Assembly: GCF_009914755.1 (NCBI RefSeq)
Contig: NC_060932.1
Reading direction: 5' to 3' (one strand)
Length of the DNA stretch: 64,000 bases
Origin: the human T2T-CHM13v2.0 reference genome, Homo sapiens
The translations under genes were made by a program, and so were the position numbers. The notes below the pieces were generated by a model, which did no database searches, had not been told where the DNA came from, and saw nothing but the letters and a program-made list of their open reading frames with translations. Positions 38,524 through 50,644 of this stretch are shown piece by piece. The first letter of the stretch is position 1. Every line of letters begins with the position of its first letter.

Positions 38524-38973
38524 TGCATCAGCTTCCTAGAGCTGTGGCAATAAATTACTACAGACTTGGTGACTTAAAACAACAGACATCTATTATCTCC
38601 CAGTTTGGGAGGCCAGAAGTCCAAAATGTTATCAGGGTCAGTTCCTTCTGGAGGCACAGAAGGAGAATGTTCTATGCCTCCCTCTGAGTTTTGCTGGCCG
38701 CCAGCAATTCTTGGCATTCTTTGGCTTGTATGTATGTCACTCTAATCTCTGCCTCCATCCTCACATCACTTCACTTCTTCTCTGTGTTTCTCTTCCCTTT
38801 TGTTCCTTCGTAAGAGCCCTTGTGTTATTTAGGGTTCACGTCCACCCTAATCCAGGGTCATCTTATCTTGAGATTCGTAATGACATCTGCAAAGACAGTT
38901 TTCCCAACCAAGATCACATTCACAGATTCTAGGTGGACATTTATTTTGGGGTACCACCATTTAACCCACTACA
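38524..38973 (-). mobile_element. MLT1B/C LTR inserted in a MIR (MIR 38440-39140, +)
   Basis: TG...CA termini; perfect 5-bp TSD acaaa (38519-38523, 38974-38978). Confidence 0.92.
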
Positions 38974-39439
38974 ACAAATGTAAGCAATTTTGTTAACCTC
39001 TTTTGTCCACAGTACAATAAGGATGATGATAAAAACAGTAAACTCTCCCAGAAGTTTATTGAGGGTTAAATGAGTTATACATAAAGCATTTAAAGAATTC
39101 TTGGTAAATAGTAAATATTCCTTGAGATAGTATTTGCTATAAGGTGAGTGAACTTCTGAATAGAACTATTAATTCTGTGCTTGATCACTCAGTTCAAAGC
39201 CTCATTAACAAAACCCAAAGCCAGAGAGCATGAGTGCTAATAAACTCTTGTTTGTGAAGACAGGGGAAATGTACCCAGTGGAAAACACAAATCCCTCTGC
39301 TGCATCCTGTATCTGTACTGTTTTACTATTAATAGATAGATTTTGGTGGTGAAAATGCCAACAGCCTGGCCGGAAGACTTTTATTTAGCCCAAAGACTAT
39401 CAAAATTTCTAGTGATACAGTATTAGAGATAAAAAGAAG

Positions 39440-40090
39440 GTATGTTAAGGAAACTAGAACCACACTAGTTTTAACAGAGAGAATATAACATAGGGAATTG
39501 GCAAATCAGGGCGAGCTGGAAAAGCAAGAAAAGGAAACACTGAGATGGTACAAAGACAGTAATGGCAGGTAACAGCCACACTCCCAGCTAAGGAAACAAA
39601 GGAGAAGTGTTGGGGTCATTGGAACTTAGAAGCTTAGAGGAGCCTGTGGAGTTAGGAACCTAAGACAGGGTAGTGCCCATGTGGTGCTGGTATCTCTGGA
39701 GCTTGAAAAAAGTACCTCAAGCTGGGACTTAGACCTCACAGGAAGGGGCACTGTCCATCTTGTACTGTGTTTCTGGCAGATGGATGATGAGGATAGTCTT
39801 GAGAGCATTGGGAAAACTAGAAATTGGTCTCATCTGCTGCTCCTAAACCCAACTGCCACTCCTTGGATGAAGAAACCTTGCTGGAGTGACAACAGCAAGC
39901 AGGAAGGAGCAAGTCCCTTCAGTCCCTTCTTTCTCCTCTAGTCTTCTGGGCTTCTTCCAGTGCCCTCTGTGAACAGAACCAACCAGGAGGCCAACAGGCA
40001 AAGGGTAAAATGATTTGCAGAATCCCAGCAACAGTGTCGTGAAGCTGAGAATAAACAGTGTACTTGGAGTCAAGAAGCAACAGCTTAATG
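39440..40090 (-). mobile_element. LTR78-like element
   Basis: 'gaaccacactagttttaacagagagaat', 'gcaagtccctt', 'ccagtgccctct...ggcaaagg'. Confidence 0.65.
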
Positions 40091-40091
40091 A

Positions 40092-40340
40092 TTAGCATTT
40101 GGTAACTATGTGGCAAGCATTTACATGTATTATTTCTATAAATCCTCATAATGGTATTACATATATCATGTAATATATAATGTAAGAGTATAATCAACCT
40201 TTGATTACACCACCACTACCAACAGCAACTAAGGTTAGAAAAGTTAAGCTCCCGATCCCAAAGAACAAGTAAGTGGCCAAGCAAGGATTTTAACCAAGTC
40301 CTGCATGACTTAAAGACCATAGTCATTTTAGTCTGAAACA
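40092..40340 (-). mobile_element. MIR
   Basis: 'agcatttacatgtattatttctataaatcctcata...taagtggccaagcaaggattttaacc'. Confidence 0.75.
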
Positions 40341-40499
40341 CCATGTGAATATTAGAGTTAAAATCTAAAATATACTCAGCCAGCCTCCTGTAATGTGTGA
40401 AATCTAAAAAAAAGTGTATATTTACCAAGCATAAATGTGACATTTTGCATATGGACTGAAAATTTGCCCCATTATCAGAGAAATAATATATGTACCTTG

Positions 40500-40750
40500 A
40501 TGGCACAAAAAAGGATTAATGTGTTTTAGTCTATTGCAATTGTCATATTAATAACAATATGGTACTGCTACCAAAAAAAAATACACATGACTATTTTCTG
40601 CAGTGTCTAGAACAAGAAAGGTGATAACTCATATCTATTCTGCAATGGTGAAGTCACAATTGAACTTTTGTTTTTTTCAATTTGGGGAATTTTATCATCA
40701 GAACAACTTTGGAAAACTGTGCAAAAATGACCACGATGTAGGGATTAAAA
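40500..40750 (+). mobile_element. L3/CR1 fragment
   Basis: 'gtgataactcatatctattctgcaatggtgaagtcacaattgaacttttgt...ggaaaactg' resembles the CR1 ORF2 3' region. Confidence 0.55.
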
Positions 40751-41150
40751 ACCTCTCCTGCTATCCTAACCCAGGCCCACCTCATCTGGTATCAGTATTA
40801 GAGTAATAACCTCCTGACTGGGCTCCCTATCTCAACCTGGCCAGTCATTCGTTTTTCACCCTGTGGCTGGTAATCTTTCCAAAATGCAATGTGCTGATGT
40901 CACACCTGGCTACAGTTTATCCCACAGCCCTTGCAATGACATTGAGATCATCTCATAGGGCCTCAAAAACCCTCGGCTTCTTGTACCCATTTACATCTTC
41001 AGATACACGTGCACAGGTACACAGGCACCCCACACCCCACAACTGGATCTTGCTGACTCTTCCTGTTAGACATCCTATTTTCTTGACTGGTTCACCTTCC
41101 TGCCTCTAACTTCCATTTACACTCCTACCTTATACCCACTCCTTGCCTGC

Positions 41151-41528
41151 TGTGTTAGTCCATTATTGCATTGCTATAAAGAACTACATGAGACTTGGTA
41201 ATTTATTGTTTTTTAGAAAAAGAGATTTAATTGGCTCATGGTTCTGCAGGCTGTACAGGAAGCATGCCTGGGAGGCCTTGAGAAACCTATCATCATGGTG
41301 GAAGGCGAATGAGGAAGCAGGAATGTCCTACGTGGCTGGACTGGGGGAAGAGAGTGAAGGGGGAGGTTCTCACATGAAATCTTGTGAGAATTCACTCACC
41401 ATCACAAGAACAGCAGGGGAAAATCCAGCCCCGGTGATCCAGTCACCTCCCACAAGGCCCTTCCTCTAACATTGGGGATTACAATTCAACATAAGATTTG
41501 GGTGAGGACACAAACCCAAACCATATCA
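41151..41528 (-). mobile_element. MSTA LTR inserted in L2
   Basis: tgtgttagtcc...aaaccatatca; TSD cctgc/gctgc. Confidence 0.92.
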
Positions 41529-42342
41529 GCTGCTAACCCCTGCTCATCTTTCTAGGAGTCAACTCAGGGTTCATTTTGCCTTGAAACCTTCCTGGAAAGC
41601 CCCTCTTCCAGATTTCTGGGTTTCTAGCCCCTCCTTTTGCTAAACACTGGGCTCAATAAGATCATCTTATGAGAGAACATGAAAACAAGTCTCAGCACAG
41701 GATTTAAATTCCACAATTCTTGGGAAAAGAAAATCAAAGCAAACATTTTCCTGGTGAAGGCAAGACTTGATGAACCACTCTGGATCTCTGCATTTTGTTC
41801 ATTAGATAAAGATCTTCAAGGAGTTAAATAGAGGCTATTTTATTAGCCATGCTGTTATTCTCTTTTTAGTGCTGCCTTTTCTTACCATATTAATCTTTGG
41901 TGTGCAACTAATGTCTTTTCTGCATTAAAGTCAGGAAGCCTGGTTGATACAAGGGCAGTGAACTGTTAATTTCAATATATTGACTCTGATAGTTAGCCTC
42001 CACAGAGGGAAAAATAAATGGACTCCTTTCTTGCTTGTGGAAGCATTAAATGTGTGAACAGCATATATATACCTGACAGATACTAAATATTAAGCAAATG
42101 TCTGTTACTATTATAGTATTAATATTATTTTTACATGCTGTCAAATGTCAAGTCAAGGGATTTGCTCTCAAAGTGCTGCTTCTAGGACAAGCATAGGACC
42201 TTTGATTTGTAATCTCAAGGATGAATTAGCCAACATGAGGAAAGGAAGCAACATGACTTAGAGACCAAGTGCAGATTTTGGGAACACAAACTTGAGTTTG
42301 AATTCTGACTCATCTACTTATTAACTATGTGGGCTTGGGCAA

Positions 42343-42737
42343 TTATATGGTTTGAATCTGTGTCCCTGCTTAAATCTCATGCTGAATTGTAATCCCCAAT
42401 GTTGGAAGTGGGGCCTGGTGGGAGGTGATTGGATCATGGGCCTGGATTTCCCTTAAGTACTGGCATTGCAATAGTGAGCAAGTTCTTGTGAGATCTGGCT
42501 GTTTAAAGTGTGTAGCACCTTCCCCCGCCTCTCTCTTGCTCCTACTTCTGCCATGTAGGATGTTTCACTCCTACTTTGCCTCTGCCAGAATTGGAAGCTT
42601 CCTGAGGCCTCCTCAGAAGCAGAAGCCGCTGTGTTTCTATACAGCTTGGAAAAGCATGAGCCGATTAAACCTCTTTTCTTGACAAATTACCCAGTCTCAG
42701 GTATTTCTTTATAGCAATGCAAGAATGAACTAATATA
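42343..42737 (+). mobile_element. MSTA/MSTB LTR inserted in a MIR
   Basis: 'atatggtttgaatctgtgtcc'...'actaatata'; perfect TSD ggcaa. Confidence 0.92.
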
Positions 42738-43209
42738 GGCAAGTTATTTGCCTTCCCTGATCTCAGTTAGTGGTTGGATTAAATAAGATCATGCATACAA
42801 TCAACCTAGGGAATTAACAATGCTTGGAGCAAAGTAAGTGCCCATATTTGTAAATTTTAAAAATAATTTCTTGTTATTTGTATACATTTATTTTGACTAA
42901 AGTTCCTTTCCCTTCAATCAGTTCTCCACATTATAACCAAAGATCTGTTCCTAAAGTGTCAATCTGACCACATTGCTCTTTACTTACTCCTCTTCCTTGG
43001 TTCTCCTTTATACTCAAGAAAATTATAGCAGGTCTCTTGGTGAATGCATACCAGAAGCCAGGAGCTCTGCTAAGCGCTCCATTTATATTGTCTAATTTAA
43101 TTCTTGAAACAACCCTGAGAAATAGCTACTGTTATTATCCTCACTTCACATATAAATAAACTGATATTAAGAATGGCTAAGCAATTTGTCCAAGATGACC
43201 AGATATTAA

Positions 43210-43334
43210 TTATGCCTAGTGTTCCATTATTGGAATGCTAAGCATGTGGGAGTTATTTATATCCTACTGCTCAAGGTTATCACCAAGGTCTGATTGCAAA
43301 AATTCAAAAAATTGCAACCTCAGGCATAAATGGG
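43210..43334 (+). mobile_element. MER85 (piggyBac/PGBD3-derived MITE) inserted in a MIR
   Basis: 'ttatgcctagtgttccattattggaat...gcaacctcaggcataaatggg'; TTAA at 43206-43209 and TTAG at 43335-43338. Confidence 0.9.
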
Positions 43335-43772
43335 TTAGTGGTAAATGTCAGAATTCAAGTGTTTGTTTGATTTCAAAGAACATGTCCTTTCTAGTTGTAA
43401 AATTCTCCCTCTTAAACAGGCTCTTTTAGTGAAGAAGATTGGGCTCCTCATACTCTTGCCCTGTTGTTCCTCAAGCCTAATCCCTGGTTTCTCTTCCTTG
43501 GTGACCCTGCCCTTCACCCACACTGATGGCTTCTTACACTGTCTTGCCTCTATACCCCTGGATCAAGATTCCCTTTTTCTATAATATTTTAATTCTCTAT
43601 TATACATGGTTTTCTCATTGACTCTTGAGTCTCACCATTCAAGACTCAATTCAATTCTTATCTTTCTTGGAAGCCTTCCTCAACTATCTAGGTTCCCATA
43701 ACATCCTATGCATGTTTCCATGACATTTCACCTGAAGTATACAGCCACTGGATACATCCTAGTAAATGGCTT

Positions 43773-44201
43773 AATACTAGTCTACTAGAATTTTCATAAG
43801 AAGATATCACAAACTGAGTGGCTTAATTAATAGAAATGCATTTTCTCACAGTTCTGGAGGCTGGAAGTCCAAGATCAGGTTGCTTTCTGGTAAGGCCTCT
43901 CTTCCTGGCTTATAGATGGATGCCTTCTTGCTGTGTCCTCACATGGCCTTTTCTTTGTGCATGCATAAATGGAGAAAGAGAAAAAGAGAAAGAGAGAGAG
44001 ACAGAGAGAAAAAGAAAGATTTCTGATCTCCTTCCTCATCTTATAAGGACACCAATATGTTCTTATTGGAACCCCACTATTAGGATATAATTAACCTTAA
44101 TTATCTCCTGAAGGCCCTGTCTCCAAATACAGTCACATTGAGGGTTAGGCCTTCAATATATTAATATAAATTTTGGGAGAGACACAATTTAGTCCATAAC
44201 A
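43773..44201 (-). mobile_element. MLT1A0 LTR
   Basis: 'ctcacagttctggaggctggaagtccaagatcagg'...'gacacaatttagtccataaca'. Confidence 0.9.
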
Positions 44202-44504
44202 ATCTGTTTTTTAAAATAGATATATAAAAATGTGTTCCATTATTGGAACACTAATACATATATATGTATGTATTACACTGAATCTCATGAGTACATGATT
44301 TCCGTCTATAATCCCCAGTTTCCAACATGTAATAATCACTCGGCATATATTTCTTGAATGAAAGAACAGAGAAACAAACAAACGAACATCTTTCATTGAC
44401 TCTTAGTTGTGTATGGAATGTAATCTAAATTCCTTTATCCACACACAAAGACCTCCATTGTTTGGCCCTACTTACTTCTCCAAACGTGCCTCTATCTTTG
44501 TCCT

Positions 44505-44680
44505 AAAGCAGGATTCTTAAACTTTAGTCTGCATAACAATTCCATGGAAAGCATGTTGAAAATATAAGTTTCCAGGTACTAGCTCTAGGGAGTCAGCTTC
44601 TAGCAACCCCTAGACACATTAGGGGTTTCTGAATGTGAATGTGCAAACATTAAGAATGTAAGAAACACCAGTCTAGACAA
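44505..44680. mobile_element. MER5-like hAT MITE
   Basis: 'cagg attcttaaacttt...gcataacaattc...tgttgaaaat...agaaacacc'. Confidence 0.55.
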
Positions 44681-45252
44681 ATCCTCAACTCCTGGTTATA
44701 ATAGATATCTATTTATATCTTGAAAATTGCTCCACTTAACTCTGGCCTTTTACCTTTCATCACACACAGTAACTTCAGGTTTGCTGAAGAATTAGTCCCC
44801 AGACAGGTACTTTTCTTCCCATTTCAGTGTGTAAGGGAGAAGTATTAACAAGTTGGTTTCCAAGGTCAGGTTAGAATTTAGTTGCTCCTTGTGAGGAGTC
44901 CCGGATTAGACTAGACTTGCTCAGAAAGACAGGGTTAATCATTTTGATCCTAATAATAATTTTAAAAATCCATCAGTCAAACAAATAATGAGCCAGATTA
45001 ATTCTGTCTGTACTGTGTTGACTTTATGGAGCTGCACAGGCTAAAGAATAGGAGAGGTATCTGTTAAAATCATAGTTTGAGGGGATTTAACTCTGCATCC
45101 TCCTAAAGAGGGAAGATGATAACAGCAAAACTTTGGAATCTGGAAAGGTTCTTAACTTGAGAATTTGGATAATTTACTAGCTTTTGGGAAATCTGAGAAA
45201 TGACAATATTGGCCCTGTAGAACTCCCAACAGGCTTAGAAAAAATACGTATA

Positions 45253-45332
45253 TTAGGTTGGGGCAAAAGTAATTGTGTTTTTTGCCATTAAAAGAAATGA
45301 CAAAAACCACAATTACTTTTGCACCAACCTAA
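45253..45332. mobile_element. MADE1 (Hsmar1 MITE, 80-bp palindrome)
   Basis: ttaggttggggcaaaagtaattg...caattacttttgcaccaacctaa; TA on the left. Confidence 0.95.
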
Positions 45333-45446
45333 ATAGAAGTATTAGGTAAATCTGTAAACTCTTGACTACAACTGAAATCAAGAGGTCTACCTAAAAAGCT
45401 TCTAAGCCTAACAGTTCACTAGGTTATTCTGTGAAGTTGTGTGACA

Positions 45447-45898
45447 CGTGAAAGGAAAATAAATCTTTGGTCCCCAAAATCACTAAGTTAAAGGGAAAAG
45501 TCAATCTGGGAACTGCTTAGGGCAAACCTACCTCTTATTCTATTCGAAGTCATCCCTCTGCTCACTGAGATAAATGCATATCTGATTGCCTCCTTTGGAG
45601 AGGCTAATCAGAAACTCAAAAGGATGCAACAATTTATCTGTCACCTCCCTGTGACCTGGAAGCCCCCTCCCTGCTTCGAGTTGTCCCATCTTTCCAGACA
45701 GAACCAATGTATATCTTACATATATTTATTGATATCTCATGTCTCCCTAAAATGTATAAAACCAAGCTGTGCCCTGACCACCTTGAGGACCTTGTCATCA
45801 GGACCCCCTGAGGCTGTGTCATGGGCGCACGTCCTCAACCTTGGCAAAATAAGCTTTCTACATTAACTGAGACCTGTCTCAGATTTTTGGGTTTCACA
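45447..45898 (+). mobile_element. MER4A-type solo LTR (ERV1)
   Basis: 'gtgaaaggaaaataaatct...gggtttcaca'; 4-bp TSD gaca. Confidence 0.92.
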
Positions 45899-46533
45899 GA
45901 CAACATTAGCAAAATAATGGAGATTTATTCTATGGAAAGTAAAAATGCAACGGATCTCTGAACTGTTGGGAAATTTAAGGAAAGTGTAATTATCCGTGTA
46001 TCAGGGCTTTCATACAGACAACATGGGAATTAAGTGAGAGATTTCAAGGTGATTCTTTTACCTCTACCTCTGCTTCTCACTTGACTCTTTCAAAACGTTG
46101 GAAGTAAGACTCAAACCCCAAGCAGAACACTGAAAGAGTCTTCTCTTGGGGTGAGGGTGGGGTTGGGAGAAGAAAGATAAGGAAGTAGTTGAGAAACTAC
46201 TGGTTTCCCAACTAAGCAGTCTAGGCAGATGACTCTACAATGAAACACATGGTTGATAAGCTCTATCCACATAAGAAGAGCTTCCCATTGTTTTTAGTGC
46301 CCCACTCTTAAGTCTAAATAGGAAACACAGAATCTTTAGGCAATTTAGAAAAGTCTCTGACATGAAAGTTAGAGATAAAAGCAAACAGAAAAAAAGAAAA
46401 AGAAAAAAAAGCCTGTTGAAAACAGAAACTATGCAGGGAGATAAACTCTACCAAAAATAAAAGAAAATAAAAATTGTCAATATCCCCAGAGAGCTAAAAT
46501 AACATATTGTATACGCAAAATAAGTTCAGAAGA

Positions 46534-47152
46534 TGTTATAAATAAATTTTTCAGTGGCATAAAAGAAAGAGCACTTGAACATAAATTTAATTTTCTCAGC
46601 AAGGCAATTTTTACTTCTTTAGAAGGGTGTGACTCGTAGATGGAGCAATGGCAAGAGCACACCTGAACAAGGGAGGGGAAGGGGTTTTTATTCCTCACGC
46701 AGGTAGCTCCTGCGTGTCATTAACTTATTGGCTAGGGTTGGACCGCACAGTCTAAGCTAATTCCGATAGGCTATTTTAAAGAGAGCAGGGGTACGACTAG
46801 CCAGAGTGGTGGGGTGAGTACTTTGGTAGGAAGGGGGGTTACAGAACAGGTGACTCAGGATGATTCAGGTTAGAGAAGGTGACCAGGGGTGACTCAGGAT
46901 GGAGCAGGTGACCAGGGGTGACTCAGGATGGAGCAGGTGACCAGGGGTGACTCAAGTCAAAGCAGGTGACCAGGGGAACAGATGTGAACTACTGATTAGA
47001 ACTGGCATGAAAGTTGTTTACCGAAACTAGAGACAAGGGGGTGAAGAGAACAAGGAAGTTAAACTTTAAAATGGAGAACAAAGAATAAGAGAGCTGAACA
47101 TACTGGCATACTGATTCTTTGAAGAGAAACTTGGAGTTCACTATATTTAACA
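46534..47152 (-). mobile_element. LTR10-family (HERVI) solo LTR
   Basis: Reverse complement starts TGTTAAATATAGTGAACTCCAAGTTTCTCTTCAAAGAATCAGTATG; TSD gaaga/ggaga; internal 29-bp VNTR. Confidence 0.85.
46845..46976. promoter_or_regulatory. 29-bp VNTR carrying four perfect AP-1 sites (TGACTCA)
   Basis: TGACTCA at 46851, 46890, 46919 and 46948, plus TGATTCA at 46861. Confidence 0.8.
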
Positions 47153-47598
47153 GGAGATAATATAAAAAAGGGAGAACCCAGGAATAAGAAATATCCTTAG
47201 AAAGTTAGAAAATGATTAAAATGCTACAGGAAGGTTGGAAGGTAAAGTTGATGAAATCTCCAGAAAAGTAGAAAAAAGACATAGACATGGAAAATTGGGA
47301 GAAAGGAAATAAATAGAGGAACTGTCAAAGAGGCTTAATATATTAATCAAGAGTGTCAGAAAGAAAGAACAGAGTAGATGTAAGGAAGGGAATATTCATT
47401 AAAATAATTAAATAAAATTATCAGGACTGGAGGTCTTTAGTTTTCAGGTTACAAAAGCTCACATAGTGCCTAGTACAGTGGAAGAAAATAGACCACATCA
47501 ACATACATTATCATGCAAATAATAACACCAGAAACTAAATTAATATTCTAAAAGTTTCCGAAAGGAGAGAAAAAACTAAAGATAAAATATAAAGGAAA

Positions 47599-47916
<318 letters not shown>

Positions 47917-48467
47917 TTAAAAGCAACACCAGACAATATTGTTTGTGGTGAATTTATTGAAAATAATATTTTAAAAGCTAAGACAATTTTAAAATAAGGC
48001 CATTATTAATATCAAAGGAAAAACATTGTGCAGGAAAGGAAAAGCAATCTCATGTTTGTAGTCAAAATAAAGTAAATATTAAGTATTAATTGAAGCAAAT
48101 TATGATATAGCTATTATAGGAGGATTGAGTTGGGCGACAGAAAGCGTACTATGTGGAGTTTTGGAGTGGTGGTTAGAAATAGATAAATTCTCAATATTAA
48201 AAAATTTCAAAAGAAACAATCAAAACAGATGAAAGTAGTTGCATCTTTGGAATATAAAATGAAAGGTGAGAGTGAAGGAAGGCTGGGAAGAAAATGTTAT
48301 TTTTATAATAAACCTCTAAAAACCCTTTGACTCTTTAAACAAAAACTAAGTCTGAGATTAGAGGGAGAAAGAAAGAAAGAGAAAGAGGGAGACAACAAGA
48401 GGAGAGAAACTGTCACTTGATAATTTATTGAATTTGTGATTGTTATAGAATATTTAATTTGTTTCTT

Positions 48468-50393
48468 TTTTTAACTTTTATTTTAGGTTTGGGGGTACAT
48501 GTGAAGGTTTGTTACATAGGTAAACACATATCATGAGGGTTTATTGTACATATTATTTTATAACCCAGGTATTAAACCCAGTACCAAATTGTTGTCTTTT
48601 CTGCTACTCTCCCTCCAACCATTCTCCTGCCTCAAGTAAACACCAGTATCTGTTGTTTCCTTCTTTACATTTTAAGTTCTTATCATTTAGCTTCCACTTA
48701 TAAGTGAGAACATTATTTGATTTTCTGTTCTTGTGTCAGTTTGCTAAGGATAACAGCCTCCAGCGCCATCCATGTTCCCACAGAAGACATGATCTTGTTC
48801 TTTTTTATGGCTGCATAGTGTTCCATGGTATATATGTACCATAATTTTTTATCAGACCTGTCATTGACGGGCATTTAGGTTGATTCCATGTCTTTATTAT
48901 TGTGGATAGTGCTGCAATGAACAGTCGTGTTAGAGACTGTTATGTATCTTTATGTTAGAATTTATATTCCTCTGGGTATATACTCAGTAATGGGATTGCT
49001 GAGTCTAATGGTAGTTCTGCTTTTAGATCTTTGAGGAATTGCCATACTGCTTTCCACAAAGGTTGAACTAATTTATACTCCCACCGACAGTGTATAGTGT
49101 TCCCTTTTCTCCACAACTTCACTAGCATCTGTTACTTTTAAACTTTTTAATCATAGCCATTCTCATGTGAGATGGTATCTCATTGTGATTTTGATTTGCA
49201 TTTCCCTAATTATAAGTGATACTGAGCTTTTTTTGATATACTTGTTGGCCTCATGCATGTCATCTTTTGAGAAGTGTCTGTTTATGTCCTTTGCCTACTT
49301 TTTAATGGGGTTGTTTTTCTCTTGTAAATTTAAATTCCTTATAGATGCTGGATATTAGACTTTTGTCAGATGCATAGTTTGCAAATATTTTCTCCCATTC
49401 TGTAGGCTATTTCCTCTGTTGATATTTTCTTTTGCTGTGCAGAAGCTCTTAAGTTTAATTAGATCCCACATGTCAATTTTTGCTTCTGTTGCAATTGCTT
49501 TTGGTGTCTTTGTCAAGAAATTTTTGCCTGTTCCTATGTCCAGGATGGTATTGCCTAGGTTGTCTTCCAGTGTTTTTATAGTTTTGGGTTTTACATTGAA
49601 GTCTTTGATCCATCTTGAGTTGACTTTTGTGTATGATGTAAGTAAGGGGTCCAGCTTCAATCTTCTGCATATGGCTAGCCAGTTATCCCAGCCCCATTTA
49701 TTGAATAGACAGTGTATTCCCCATTGCTTGTTTTTGTCAACCTTGTCAAAAATCAGATGGTCATAGATGTGCACCCTAATTTCTAAGCTCCCTATTCTGT
49801 TTCATTGGTCTGTGTGCTTGCTTTTGTACCAGTACCATGCTGTTTTGGTTACTGTAGCCTTGTGTTACAGTTTGAAGTCAGGTAACATGATGCCTCCAGC
49901 TTTGTTTCTTTTGCTTAGGATTGCCTTGACTATTTGGGCTCTTTTTTTGGTTCCATTTAAATTTTAAAATATTTTTTTCTAGTCCTGTGAAGAATATAAC
50001 TGCTAGTTTGATAGAAACAGCATTGAATCTGTGAATTGCTTTGGGCAGTATAGCCATTTTAATAATATTGATTCTTTCTATCCATGAGCATGGGATGTTT
50101 TTCCATTTGTTCATGTATTCTCTGATTTCTTTGAGCAGTGTTTTGTAATTCTCATTGTAGAGATCTTTCACCTCCCTGGTTAGATGTATTCCTAGGTATT
50201 TTTTTCTTTTTGTGCCAACTGTAAATGAGATTGCCTTTCTGATTTGGCTTTTGGTTTGGCTGTTGCTGTATAGGAATGCTAGTGATTTTTGTACATTGAT
50301 TTTGCATCTTGCAACTTTGCTGAAGTTGTTTTTCAGCTGGAAGAGCTTTTAAGGTGAGACTGTGGGGTTTTCTAGATATGGAGTCATGTTCTC
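48468..50393 (-). mobile_element. 5'-truncated L1PA13-15-like element (~1.9 kb)
   Basis: ORF2 fragments ([14 protein letters not shown]..., [16 protein letters not shown]...); perfect 13-bp TSD taatttgtttctt. Confidence 0.95.
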
Positions 50394-50644
50394 TAATTTG
50401 TTTCTTATAGGCCACCTGTCACAGAAATGCAATTTGTAAAATGGCAGCATATGTTTATGTAATTCACCATATAAACAGAATAGTAAGAATTTAATATTTG
50501 TTGATAATTTAGTTAGTTAAGCTTTTAAACTTAATTTTGTGTGAAGTACTTAACAAAATTTTAGTTAAATGTATTACTTTTGTTAAGGATATAAAATAAA
50601 ATATGCAAGCATTGGTGGTATGTAGAGACTGAAGGTCAAGACTA

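Noticed and set aside
46845-46976. Regularly spaced 29-bp repeats resembling a CRISPR array
   Set aside because: Head-to-tail VNTR with no unique spacers, inside a primate LTR; no cas genes.
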